A DNA stretch of 64,000 bases from Lytechinus pictus (Eukaryota): NCBI RefSeq assembly GCF_037042905.1, contig NC_087252.1, positions 27,468,001 to 27,532,000 on the forward strand, given 5' to 3'. A program made the translations under genes and the position numbers. How positions within the stretch are numbered: position 1 is the first letter of the stretch; each line of letters starts with the position of its first letter. The notes beneath the pieces are model-generated. The model made no database searches, was not told the DNA's origin, and saw nothing but the letters and a program-made list of their open reading frames with translations. Positions 22,190 to 33,905 of the stretch are shown piece after piece.

Positions 22190-22870
22190 CCGATGATTCA
22201 ATTGATCATGGGCCCGGCAGCCACTGAGCAGCGCCAGATTGATGTTGCTCTATCCCTTCAATCATTGAATGCCAAACAGGGTATCAGCAACTCCAGAGCT
22301 GCCAAGTTGTATTTTGCATTTTCAGTATTCTTATCCCCCCAAATCAGTATTTTGACAAAAAAATCAGTATTTTTACCGTGTGAGGTAAATATTTTGTATT
22401 TTCCCCCAAAAAAGTGTATTTCATAATAAAATGCTTGGCGCACTCGCCCATCCCGGCGCTCAAGCTGCATGCAAGCTAAAATGTGCACTGCTCTTGCAGA
22501 TGAAAAAAAAAAAAAACATTAAAATTGTGTATATCTCACCCTGGTTTTTACAAAATGATTGAAAAAAAAACAAGTTACCTGAAATTACATTGATCTAATA
22601 ACCATAGTTGTGTACGTTTTATGAAATAGAGACATATAGAGATGATTTTTTTTTTTTTTTTTTTTTTTACACAAAAAACATATTTTTTAAAGAAAAAAAG
22701 TACTGCCGTGTTTTGGTTGCAAAAACGTACTAAATACGGAAAAATCGTACGACTTGGCAGCTCTGCAACTCCCATCTTCAAACATCTTTTGGTCTGACGC
22801 AGCCGGGGTTTGAACTCCCGACCTCCCGGTTGTGAGGTGAACCCTCTACCAACTGAGGCAACATATCGGT
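22190..22870 (-). mobile_element. tRNA-derived SINE split by the 22294-22765 MITE
   Basis: Minus strand shows box A (gcctcagttggtaga) and box B (gagttcaaacccc); the body resumes across the TSD. Confidence 0.7.
22294..22765. mobile_element. MITE with 6-bp TSD, inserted into a SINE
   Basis: TIR CAGAGCTGCCAAG/CTTGGCAGCTCTG; TSD CAACTC. Confidence 0.85.
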
Positions 22871-23272
22871 AACGAAGATAATAGAGAAGAGAAGAGAGGA
22901 GAAGGAAATTTGAAGAACGTGACTAACAACAAAGAGGAAAAAGGGGCTTTCAACAAGTAAAACTTAGACAAAAATCTAAACATTAATGAAAATGTGCAAT
23001 TCTAAAAATCTGGTTGGTGTTTCATAAACCTGTTTGTAAGTCATGAGGGACTTTACAAACGACTGGCAATCCTTTCTTATGAACTACAACACCAATGAAA
23101 ATCTGGTGTGTATCATTTACAACAAGATGGTATCATCAGTCATTCAAAAAGTTGCTCATAACTTACAAACTGCTTTATGAAACATCCACCAGGATTAGAA
23201 AAAAAGGAAGTTAATAAAGTCTCTCTTTGAATGAAGAGACATATTGTCAGCATTTAGTAATAAAAATATTAC

Positions 23273-23387
23273 CTGTTTTGATGAATGACAAAGATATTGA
23301 ACCAGGAATCCGCATTCTGCTTCGGTCTCAGCATGGATATCTTCCCCGATAGAAACATCCGATGAAGACGTTCATCTCGTATGGAAC
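23273..23387 (-). CDS. MRE11: MRE11 exon, motif IV ([11 protein letters not shown]...[11 protein letters not shown])
   Basis: Manual translation gives DERL and WFNxFVIHQNR; cag and gtaata junctions; 115 nt. Confidence 0.97.
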
Positions 23388-23911
23388 CTGTAACCACACA
23401 AACCAGAATCCTTAATAATGAATAATACTAATAACAACAATAATAACAATAATAATAATGATAATATTAATAATACTTATATTTATACAGCACTTAATAC
23501 ATGTTTCTATGTATGTTATATTATAATTATTAGTCAGACTATGATGAGTTTTATAAGAGGGCACTAAAAACAAAGATTACCATCAATGATGTTGAAGCAT
23601 CTCATTGGCCACTATCCCTGAATACATTAAAGAATTTATTTGGATAATATATTGGTGATTTGATACATAATCATCTACATTATTGTAAAGACAACTGGGT
23701 CTGTTACCTAGAGCTTAGTGATTGTTCATGGGCATGGGGCCAATTTTTCTTTGTGTATGATAAATCATACAAAATATACAGACAGTAACAAATGAAATTC
23801 TACAGGATGATATCAATAAGATGTAGCATTGTAAATGATTACAGAACAAAAAAAGCATTTAAGTTTTATGTAACGGGAGTTACGGGACCCTAATCGTTAT
23901 TAGAACCTTAC

Positions 23912-24053
23912 CCAAGCCAAAGATAGCTAGCTTGGACGTTCCTTTCTGGAGAAGGATGGGTGAGATCTCTACAGATTCCAATGAGGTACTCTTACCAAAG
24001 TAGTTTACCAAACCCGACACACTCAGCATGTCCAAAGCACACAGATTACCCAG
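23912..24053 (-). CDS. MRE11: MRE11 exon (LGNLCALDMLSVSGLVNYFGK...ISPILLQKGTSKLAIFGLG)
   Basis: Conserved GLVNYFG and PILLQKG; cag and gtaagg junctions; 142 nt. Confidence 0.97.
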
Positions 24054-24790
24054 CTGTAAAAGCAAGTAGATGAAAAGGATTATTTTATTTTCATTCATTC
24101 TGTATGTATGTATGTATGTATGTATGTATGTATAAAGGCTAAAATAGATGGATTTAGAAAATCCTTTAACGATTTGAATTATATATGCACATGTATGTCC
24201 AGAAGGTGATACGATGTCACTGTGATACTTCATACATCTAAGAACTTGTTGAAATAATACATAGTGAATTTACAACGAAAATAATAATATTTTAGCCTCA
24301 TTTGGTGCTGTATAAGTCTAACTTACACATTAATATGAATGACGAATTATATACTGCATTATTTCACATATTTTATTCTGGAAATTGGTAGGAGAGAAAT
24401 GTGCCCTATCCCCCCCCCCCCCCCCCCCCTTTGCCCCCAACATCATCAGGGAAGAAAATAACTTTTTTACAGACCCTATGGCATTTTCCAGGGCTATTTT
24501 GCATTTTTCCAGGGCTTTTGGGGGCTAATTTGCCCCGCGCCGCCATGTACATGTAGTTTTTTTTTTCTCCCTGCTTGACAGGGATGGAGGGGGACAAAAA
24601 ACAGTTGGTATCCAGTGCTTACGCATATACGTCATATGTTCACATCCTTTTCTTTATCAAAGGGGAGATTTGTGCTGATCAGAAGGGTGATAATTGGATA
24701 GAGTGATTGTTGGAAAGGTTCAGACCGGGGCAGACCATGGTTGTGATCAATGGTCAATATCACGTTTTGTTTTAGCTTATGTGAACTCAC

Positions 24791-24878
24791 CCCAGCAGGA
24801 TCATCATGGTTTCCGTGTATAGAGAAGACAGGCATGTCAATGTTCAGGTTCGGATCTTCATAGTTCACATTGGGGAAT
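24791..24878 (-). CDS. MRE11: MRE11 exon, motif III ([26 protein letters not shown])
   Basis: SIHGNHDDP catalytic motif; cag acceptor and gtgagt donor; 88 nt. Confidence 0.98.
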
Positions 24879-25450
24879 CTGGTCGTGAACAAGAGAGAAG
24901 ATCGCTAACACTGAAAATCTTTAACTTGTGATAAATGATGATCACATTACAAACTTTTCCCTACAGTTTGTTAATTTTCAATGCACACCAAGGGCGGAAA
25001 TCTCTCCCCAAAGGTAGGGGGGACAAGGGGCTGGAAAATTTGATAAGCAAAAAATAGGTCATCACCCAAAAAAGTAAGGTCATGTCATCCAAAATACATG
25101 TTTTATTTTCATGATTTTGAATGATGTATTTCCTTCCATCATAAAAGACCAAAATTAGTAGGGGGGACATGATGCACACTAAGTGAGAATGGAAAATTCA
25201 AGAAATATTGAACTAGGAAACAACTAAGAAACAATTCCCAAAGCAAGAAAAAATCTGTAAATCTACAAGCCGGGATCCCAGGGAAAGCATATCAAAATCA
25301 AAGTGTTTAAATGAGGTTTATAATCACTTTGACTCATTGGGCCTACCTATGTCACAGGATTAACACAAAAGATCAACATCGCAAAATGGGTGCAAATCGT
25401 TCACATCCACTACGAAACACCCAAATTTGCGAGCCAAGAACTACACTTAC

Positions 25451-25611
25451 GGACTGGCTGAAAAGTTGACGCTCTGATCGCTGAGAAACTCAATCTGGAC
25501 CGGTCTGTCCCCCATGCAGTACTTCCTGAAGAGGGTCATGACCCCGTGCAAGGACTTCCTGGAAGGTTTGTTTTCATGAAACAGGTCTCCACCAAGTAAC
25601 ACCATGTCAAC
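25451..25611 (-). CDS. MRE11: MRE11 exon, motif II ([18 protein letters not shown]...SDQSVNF)
   Basis: [11 protein letters not shown] is diagnostic of Mre11; cag acceptor and gtaagt donor; 161 nt. Confidence 0.98.
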
Positions 25612-25697
25612 CTGAAACAGAAAGGTCAATGCAGATATGATAATAATAATGCAACTTATAAAGCCCGCTACAGAGTACTCACTGCTCAAGGTACTAA

Positions 25698-26290
25698 GTG
25701 GGGGCATCGAGGTCTAGTGGTTATGACTCTCGTCTTCGATCTGAGGGACAGGTTTTCCTTCAGCAAGAAATTTACCCACACTGTGCTGCACTCAACCCAG
25801 GTGAGGTGAATGGGTACACGGTGAACTGAACCCTTAATCCGATGCTTAAAAGCCAAGAGTCGGAACAACTGAAAAATGCTTCCCTTCCGATATAGCGATC
25901 ATAGGTTAACTTTATAATTTCACACACCCCTTGTTTCAATTCTTTACAATTCTAAAACTTCTGAGGGATTATCAATTTTAAGCTGATTTTTATGTGGGGT
26001 CAGAACCACTGAAAAATGCTTCCCTTCCGATATAGCGACCATAGGTTAACTTTATAACTTCACACACCCCTTGTTTCAATTCTTTACAATTCTAAAACTC
26101 CTGAGGGATTATCAATTTTAAGTTGATTTTTATGTGGGGGCATTGTGGTCTAGTGGTTACAACACTCGCCTTTTAATCAGAGGGATGTGGGTTTGAATCC
26201 CAGCCATGGCATGTTTTCCCTCAGCAAGAAATTTACCCACATTGTGCTGCACTCAACCCAGGCAAGGTGAATGGGTCCAAGGCAGGAGTA
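25698..26290 (+). mobile_element. Two tRNA-derived SINE copies (about 25698-25820 and 26135-26290) flanking a 140-bp tandem duplication
   Basis: ggtctagtggtt box A and tgctgcactcaacccagg core; a third copy at about 35-150. Confidence 0.7.
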
Positions 26291-26408
26291 ATTCTTTGAG
26301 TGCATCAAGTGCCTTATTAAGCAGCTGGAGCTAAAGCTGAGTTAGTATGCCATTGGATAGACAACTAGATAATCAGTGCCTCTTTAATGCTTTATTATCA
26401 TCTCTTAC

Positions 26409-26553
26409 CTTGTTTTTGCGAGCCAGCTGCAGGATCTCTTCAAACGTGTTGATGGAGTCACTGTGTCGGATGTTATCTTTCTCCATGTATCCTATGTGAC
26501 AGTCCGTAGCTACCATGATCTTGATAGTGTTCGCATCGCCATCATCAAGGTTT
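26409..26553 (-). CDS. MRE11: MRE11 exon, phosphoesterase motif I (NTIKIMVATDCHIGYMEKD...FEEILQLARKNK)
   Basis: Manual translation matches the Mre11 ATDxHxG motif; tttcag acceptor and AAG|gtaaga donor; 145 nt. Confidence 0.97.
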
Positions 26554-26971
26554 CTGAAATATCAACAGTGAAAATATGCAGTAGTGGGAGATGGCATATT
26601 GACACTTGAGGGAAAATGACAAGGGGACTCGGGACAATTTCACCCCGAAATGGTCAAAAGAGCCCTATATACTCCAAAAGAGTCCTGGAAAATCCCCATT
26701 CATTGCAATGTTAAAGCTTATCCAATGTGGCAGATTTAGGCAGTTAAGTTGTGTAAAGTAGCCCCAGGAATAAGTGTCACTTTTTGAACAACCGCTTTGT
26801 CTACTTCCCATTTGGTCTCATCCTAGTTCGTCTATAACTATTTGGTCTAATACTCTAAATGACATTTTGCCCATTTCAATTCAGGTTTAAATTTCAGTTA
26901 GGCTATTCCCATTCATCCAATACCCACTTGGTCTAACCGTGTCTATTTGATCTGATGAACCGACATTTGAC

Positions 26972-27515
26972 CAGAGCTGCCAAGTTGTATTTTGCATTTT
27001 CAGTATTCTTATCCCCCAAATCAGTATTTTGACCCAAAAAAAATCAGTATTTTTACCGTGTGAGATAAATATGCAGACCTGTCAACCTCTGGGAATGAAA
27101 AACTGTATTCTGTGATTAAAAAAACTGTATTTTTCCCAAAAAAATGTAATTTCATAATAAAATGCTTGGAGCACTCGCTCATCGCGGCGCTCAAGCTGCA
27201 TGCAAGCTAAAATGCGCACTGCTCTTGCAGATGAAAAAAAAACATTAAAACATGTGTATATCTTCACCCTGATTTTAACAAAATGATTGAAAAAAAAAAA
27301 AAGTTACCGGGTACCTGAAATTACATTGATCTAATAACCATATTTGTGTACGTTTTATGAAATAGAGACATATAGAGATTATTTTTCTCAATAAATTACG
27401 ATTTAGTAAAAGAAAATAAATAAAAAAACTTATTTTTCAAAGAAAAAACGTACTGCCATATTTTGGTTGCAAAAACGTAATAAATATGGCTAAAACGTAC
27501 TGGTCGGCAGGTCTG
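26972..27515. mobile_element. Related MITE with hybrid ends and 6-bp TSD
   Basis: Body shared with 22294-22765; TSD TTTGAC at 26966-26971 and 27516-27521. Confidence 0.8.
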
Positions 27516-28023
27516 TTTGACAGAGTACAAAATAAGCAGGAAAGGTGAAGTTAAACCGGTGCACACTTGTACACCAAAACCAAGTGAGTATTAGACTATG
27601 TAATTATTGGAACAAATGGTTATTGGACCAAATTCAGAGAAGACCAAGTGGGTTTAGCCATGATAGGGGTAGCCAACTTTAGAATTAGACCATCTGCTTG
27701 TGAACCAATTTGATACAAAATTTGGAAGAGATGGTTCTTTATATTATAATAAACTACTTTTCTTAGAGCAAGCTAGTAAAAATGACTAGTTACAATTTAC
27801 ATTGATGTTAGATCGTAAAAAAAACGCCACTAATGTCATAACTCCAAAATTGAGCTTTCAGATTCATCAAATGTTTTCTGAGCCATCCACAAATTCCTTT
27901 AGTTGTTTTACAACAAGGTTTTGAACTTTTTAACACAACAATATGCTGATTAGGAATAATAAGAATATTACTATTATTATTATTATTCGTTCTGATGTTT
28001 TGATAAGAAATAGAAGTGCATAC

Positions 28024-28076
28024 CCAGGTAGTTGCTGAACCTCCTGATCGGAATCTTCAGAGGATGAATTGGCCAT
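28024..28076 (-). CDS. MRE11: MRE11 first coding exon (MANSSSEDSDQEVQQLPG); exon probably 28024-28095
   Basis: ATG at 28076-28074, tttcag acceptor at 28096, GG|gtatgc donor. Ends in phase 2, which joins the next exon in frame. The N-terminus is not conserved, so this rests on splice signals and phase. Confidence 0.75.
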
Positions 28077-28509
28077 TGCAGGTTCTGTCGTTCTCCTGAA
28101 ATACGACACAGATTATCATGAATAAGATTAATCACAATTCTAGAGCCTTGTTACAAACAACATAGGCTACTATCCAATGTACAAATAGGCACAACTGGGA
28201 CCTGTTTCATGCAACTACCGGTATTGTAACTTTGTTCATATGGTAACTACAATGGTAACAGGGCTAAGCAGACAATCGCAATCAAAGAATCCGTGGAAGT
28301 TACAATAATGTTAAAGTTACAATAGTTGTAAGTCTTTGTGAAACGGGACCCTGTTTGTGATTGTGCGAAACGTTATCATTGATTACAAATATTGTTTAAT
28401 GCTACATACCCAGATCTAATACAATTTAGTCCACCTGGAAAATTATAATATGATGTTTCTGCAGCCATTTTAGAGAGGAAGAGCATGCAACAAATTCAGC
28501 CAACCTTAA

Positions 28510-29276
28510 CCCTAACTAGGCCGGGCTTTTTTGGCTGTTCTGTGGCCGGGGGGGGGGGGGTTGATTCAACCCCCCCCTGAGATCTCGGCCGCCGATCGCG
28601 CGAGCGCCGCAAAAATTTGCACGCTGGTAGTGTGCGATGTAATCTACAAGGCTGTATGGTAAAATTTTCCAAAATAATGAGATTTTATTTTATATGAATT
28701 AATTATGCTAATTTATGCATAAATCATACTTTTTGCTCTAATTCACTAAATAAAGCTCCTAGAATGCTAATTTTTGGTAAAAATATTCTTTTTAGCATTC
28801 TTAACAATGGCAATTGAAAAAAACTTCGGTTTGGAAATCAATTTCTTATGTATTTTATTGTTTTATGAATTTCTTATGTATTTCATTGTTTTTCAACCTT
28901 TTGTTTTTCTTTTTTTTTTCACCAGATTTATTGCACAACCTTTTTGAAGCATAATTATGCTAAAATCAATTGCTTTCAGCTGTTTAAAGTAAAAATAATC
29001 ATATCTTTATGAATAAGATGAGAAAACTGAATTTGCATTGACTTTGTACACAAAATCACGTTTTGGAACAATTTTTGGTCTGACATGCACTTACAAAATG
29101 TTGCGTAATTTCCGAACCGCGTACCCGGGCGTTGTAAATTTGGTCTCAAAAGATGCGCGAGACTTAAAAGTATAAACTCTGCGAATGGCGCGGTCAAAAA
29201 ATTTCGCACGGCGGAATAATCGCAGAAAATGTTGAGGGGGGGGTTGATTCAACCCCCCCCCCCGGCCATTTTAGGG
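28510..29276. mobile_element. piggyBac-like MITE
   Basis: TTAA-CCCTAA...TTAGGG-TTAA; homologous to 1868-2667. Confidence 0.82.
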
Positions 29277-29287
29277 TTAAGGCTTAA

Positions 29288-29868
29288 AGGTCAAGTCCAC
29301 CCCAGAAAAAATTTGATTTGAATAAATAGAGAAAAATCAAACATAAATAACGCTGAAAATTTCATCAAAATCGGACGTAACATAAGAAAGTTATGACATT
29401 TAAAATTTTGCTTATTTTTCACAAAACAGTTCTATGCTCAACTCAGTGATATGCAAATGAGAGAGTTGATGATGTCACTCACTCACCATTTCTTTCGTTT
29501 TTTGTTTGAATAATACAATATTTCAATTTTTACGAATTCGACAATTAGGACCCCCTTGCTCGAACCACAAAATGTTAAAATAATGGAATTACATGTGTTC
29601 AGGGAGGAATGAAACTTTGTTTCACATGACAATGACGAGAAAATCAAAATATTTCATATTTATTTTCATATAATAAAATACAAAAGAAATAGTGAGTGGA
29701 TGATGTCATCGGTCCCTCATTTGCATACCGACTAGGATGTGCATATAACTGTTTTGAAAAATTTAGCGAAACTTAAAAATGTTATAACTTTATAAGTGCT
29801 ATGCTTGTTTGATTTTTCTCTATCTACAATGTATTCAAATCAGCTTTTTGTTGGGGTGGACTTGTCCT
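29288..29868. mobile_element. MITE family A copy
   Basis: Same TIRs, TTAA flanks. Confidence 0.85.
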
Positions 29869-30310
29869 TTAAGAACAAACCAAGAAGATAACGACTGTGA
29901 GCGACGCAGGGAATCTAGCACATGTACTGTTTATAAATCTTTGAATCCCTGAAATTTATCCTTGAACAGGTTACAATAGATCTTTAAAACAAAATGAAAA
30001 TCCATATTTTAATGTTTGAAATAGAAATCGTGATTGTGGGCTTGCCTTGGCAGTCACTGTGAAGCACCAATTAATTCATGAAGCAGATCCGAGAGACCAG
30101 TATGTTTGAGCCGAGTACTACGTGGCAAAGGTCGTTTTTAATTTCAAACTGAAGACCAATGAAATGACAATGCAATGTCATAAAATTTCATTTCCCACCA
30201 GCCCATGAACATAGGCATAGCATGGCCAGGTCATTTTCCAATTACATTGTCAAGACAAGACAAGTGATAATAACCGTTGTCTTGTCACAGTCCCACGACT
30301 CGACACTCAC

Positions 30311-30450
30311 CCGTGTCTGTAACTTTTTTTTCAGCAAAGTTTAAAAAAGTAGAATCTGAAGACAAACTAGTGAGTATTTAGTGCACAAACAAATGAGTGA
30401 GCGATGTCTGAGTCGATTGACAAATAATGGACTTTAGTTTAGAGTTTAGT
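30311..30450 (-). promoter_or_regulatory. Candidate non-coding first exon and promoter of MRE11
   Basis: Strong CGG|gtgagt donor at 30311/30310 upstream of the ATG exon, which begins with an acceptor. The 5' boundary is a guess. Confidence 0.4.
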
Positions 30451-30539
30451 TTCATCGAGTCATCAACACTTTCAGAATTTCAGTTTCATTTGACATCGAC
30501 AAGACGACATCGTCATCGACCTCATTGAACTGGGAAGGG

Positions 30540-30929
30540 GGAGGCAGTGTAGCTCAGTCGGTTAGAGCGCCTGTTCCGGAAAAGATCGTAGATCTCAACG
30601 TGCGTGGGTTCGAGTCCCGCAGCATGCCGGAAGACGTCTAACAAAAAAAACAAAAAAACTGATGCTAGCGTTGTGTGTTAACGTGCCTCACCGCTGTGTT
30701 CAGTGCGGGTGTGAATGCAGTTGGAAAACACTCCATCGGAAAGGACGCAAATGTTGGTCCCCCGTGTATAGGAGAGTCACAACCTATACACGTTAAAACC
30801 AATACACTATTCGTCAAAGAGTAGGGTGTTCACCCGGTGTATTGCACCTGCCGGTCCCCGGTACTACAATACTGCAAGAATCTTCAGGATTGAAGGAGGC
30901 AGTGTAGCTTGAAGAAGAAGAAGAAGAAC
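30540..30929 (+). mobile_element. tRNA-derived SINE with (GAA)n tail
   Basis: Box A tagctcagtcggttaga and box B ggttcgagtccc. The central ggtcccc-gtgtatagg...cctatacacgttaaa...aagagtaggg resembles the Meta/MESC SINE core (from memory). Confidence 0.78.
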
Positions 30930-31198
30930 TTGAACACGTTCATTGAACAGCACTGCCCATCAATGATCAATCATGCTATCCATTTTAAACTTAGTTAAAT
31001 ATGATTTATCTTGCAGCAAAACGAGAGCGAAAAAAAAACGCAGGGACTTGGATCATAAATCTAGGCCTATTCGATTTTGTTGACGAATTCGAGCGGCGCC
31101 GGAGCCAGAAGTTTCATTTTAGTTATCAATATCATGGTTATATTACACAAAATCCAGTTAATGGGACTGCACTGCGACAATGTTTCCATGAATGATAC

Positions 31199-31434
31199 TG
31201 TAGCGGTCGCGCCCCCAGCTTGACCACTAGGTTGATACCTGAAGCTAGAATATAAGGAATAAGTCACTAACCAGTATTTTCCTGGAGTGATGTCCTAGTT
31301 CCTGTCTATTCCGTGTGAGTTCAGCTTCAAATACAATGATCCAAGGGATCCAACGTCCTCCAGCGTCTAAAAGGGGTCCAGCGCCATCTCCCGGTGGAAG
31401 ACCTATATGGGGGGTGGGGTGACTTACTACAACA
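31199..31434 (-). repeat. 3' LTR
   Basis: Reads identical to 37648-37883; preceded on the minus strand by a G7 polypurine tract (31437-31443). Confidence 0.95.
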
Positions 31435-32423
31435 GTCCCCCCCGTTCTATAAAACTCGGTCCCTCGAGTTTCCAACCCAAATGGACGCTATCCAAACCAG
31501 ACACCAGGCAGAGGGAGGAAAAAATTTTCCACTCCCTAGGCACCCCAACCAGGAGACCTTATCTCCCGGCTGGGCATGAGTAAATACAAGCCCATTTAAA
31601 AATTCCCTTTGGTCTTTTATGTACACAATGCTCCTTAAAATTTGGCAAAAAGTACTTATGCAGCATTGTTCTGTCCCAAGTCTGCATTCCCAAAATTAAT
31701 TATAATTTGCTACCCGTAATCAGCCATAAACATATTCCGTTCTTTTATAAATAAAAACTCCAAAACTATCCAAAACACTTGGCACAACTGTGCTAAAAAC
31801 TTGTTCAACACTTTAAACTTTAAAAACCCGTAACATGAAAACGGTAAAAACCCGTAATAACACCTAAAAACCTAGAGTTTTTAGGTTCTTTAAAAAACCC
31901 ATACAAAACATATAGAACAATGGTATATATATATAAAAATATAAAACCCATACAAAAACCCATATCCCAGGAGGGTCCCCCCTCTTCCCAGAAAGCTCCA
32001 CTTTCCCATAGCAGTGGGCTGCCGCTGGCCCTCCCCTGTCGAGGCACCATCTTACCCGGGCTGTGCAACACATAGCATTCCCGTTCGGTTGAGACTGGAG
32101 CACCAGTACCCAACCTAGGTCCCCCAGGTGCAGGAAGGGGGCGTCAGCGCTGCCATTATGCGAAAAGGGCCATTTAAAACACTCCCCTCCAAAGCGGACC
32201 ATGAAGCATTTCCTACATGGCCTAAATATACAAAAAGATAGACGAAAACATAGACAACGAACACAAAAGACACCAAGAGGAGGCGACCCAGCTGGTCTCC
32301 TCCTGTACAGAAAACATGTAGGGTCCTAAACGCGCTAACCTAACCCCAAAAAATGCAAAGGGAATCAGAATCCCTTCGAAAAAATGGAGGACAAAGTTCC
32401 TCCATCCCCCTTTCCTACCCTCA

Positions 32424-32860
32424 CTACACCCCATAGAGCGCCAGATGATTAATCCGGGCACGTTCCATGAGGGTGAGGAAACCCATGCGCCTAGCTGAGG
32501 CGACAAATTCTCCCACCTCCCCGATGTATGCAGGGGTCATACATCTGACCCCCCCTACGGGAAGATATGGAGAATCAGTCTCCAGCAATAACTTGGAGAG
32601 AGGAACCTTCCTCAACGCGTCCAGCTGCTCCCCGGTGAAATGTTTCACCTTGCAGCCGAAGCTAAAGTAGGTATTGGGGAAAGTTTTTCCCCAAGCCTCG
32701 ACCTCTAGAGGCCCAAGAGTACAACAGTGGATATGAACCCGCTGATGTCTGTTGGCCCTCGTCCTAGTCGCTTCTCTTACAATCCTAGAGGGGACATCGG
32801 AAGTTTTTCCGTCTTCTCCCCGCAGATGCAGTATCAGGACTTTGCCAGTAGCCCCGATAG
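32424..32860 (-). pseudogene. C-terminal half of a TatD-family DNase inside the LTR element
   Basis: LILHLRG, VHIHCC, FSFG, LRKVPLSKLLLETDSPYL and terminal INHLALY; the N-terminal HxH and GExGLD motifs are absent. Confidence 0.88.
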
Positions 32861-32949
32861 TACGGCTGCTTGCCTGTAATCTGGTAGAGGAACCGCGATC
32901 CAGGTGAACCCATTTTTCAACAGGGAGCGATCCCGTCTCCCTTCCCTTC

Positions 32950-33905
32950 AATTTTTTTCAGTTTCCCCCAGCACCTCAGAGCAGGTTACCTTAAGGTGCC
33001 TATCAGATGGGTTTACAACATAGAGCTCTGTCTTCCCAGCCCTGTAAACCGAACTGGGAACTAGGAGCAGTAAGCCATCCTAAGGGTTAAACATGAAATC
33101 CCCTAAACGTTGGTCTAAAATGCCGGTGATTCGCTTGAGTGCATTCGGGGGAACAATTACTCGCTTGTGCAAATAAACCCGGGCGATCTGCCGCCCAGGG
33201 TCATCACTATACCAAAGCGGAATTCTCTGACCTCCCAACTGCATATGCGGATCTTGGAGATGAATCGCAGCCTTGCGCTTGCTGAGGAAATCTAACCCCA
33301 GGAGCATATGATCAGCTATAGGAGCTACATATACTTCCTCCGAGAACGTCTGGTTCCCAAACTCTATGGGAAGGGGACCGACAATTGTCCCCCTCATCTT
33401 CATATCCCGTCCCGCTGCATGTAGGATCACTTCTCTCAGTTTAGGGGGCTGGGGGTCCAGTGACTGCAGGAGCCTATCCGAGATGATGGACACCTCGGCT
33501 GCGGTATCGACAACTGCGCTTACTGGCTGCCCCCCTATAACAACTGAGACCTTGAGAGTGGAGCGCGACTCCAACCTACATACCACTACCTCTTCAATCT
33601 CGCTTGCACACCCAAGCCCTGGGAGAGCATCTGGAACTGATTCCAGAATGGCTTCACCCAGGTCTGATATTCGGGTGTTCGAGGGACCAACTGGATCCCC
33701 CGCCGCAGCCTCTACATAAGTAGCTATTCCGGTTACATTATTCCCTGGGACTATCAGGCGCTCCGACACGCCCTCTGTTATTCCTTCAGATGAGCCTACG
33801 GATGGCCCCTCTGAGCTGCTTGCTAGCTTGGAACCCTCTAGTTGGCCTCTGGCGGTGGGGGCCGGGGGCTGGCCAGCTCCTCCGACCCGCTGGAGTTTTC
33901 CTCCT
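32950..33905 (-). pseudogene. Aspartic protease and the truncated start of pol
   Basis: AVVDTAAEVSII and MLLGLDFL motifs; overlaps the gag 3' end in the -1 frame. Pol-like sequence continues past the TAG at 33082-33080 (LYVVNPSDRHLKV...VLG) and then breaks. Confidence 0.85.

Noticed and set aside
30543..30627. Functional tRNA genes (also 61125-61195 and 22800-22870)
   Set aside because: Boxes A and B are present, but there is no clean cloverleaf or poly-T terminator and each runs into a SINE body.
30840..30862. miR-92-like seed TATTGCAC
   Set aside because: Lies inside a SINE, the rest does not match and there is no precursor hairpin.
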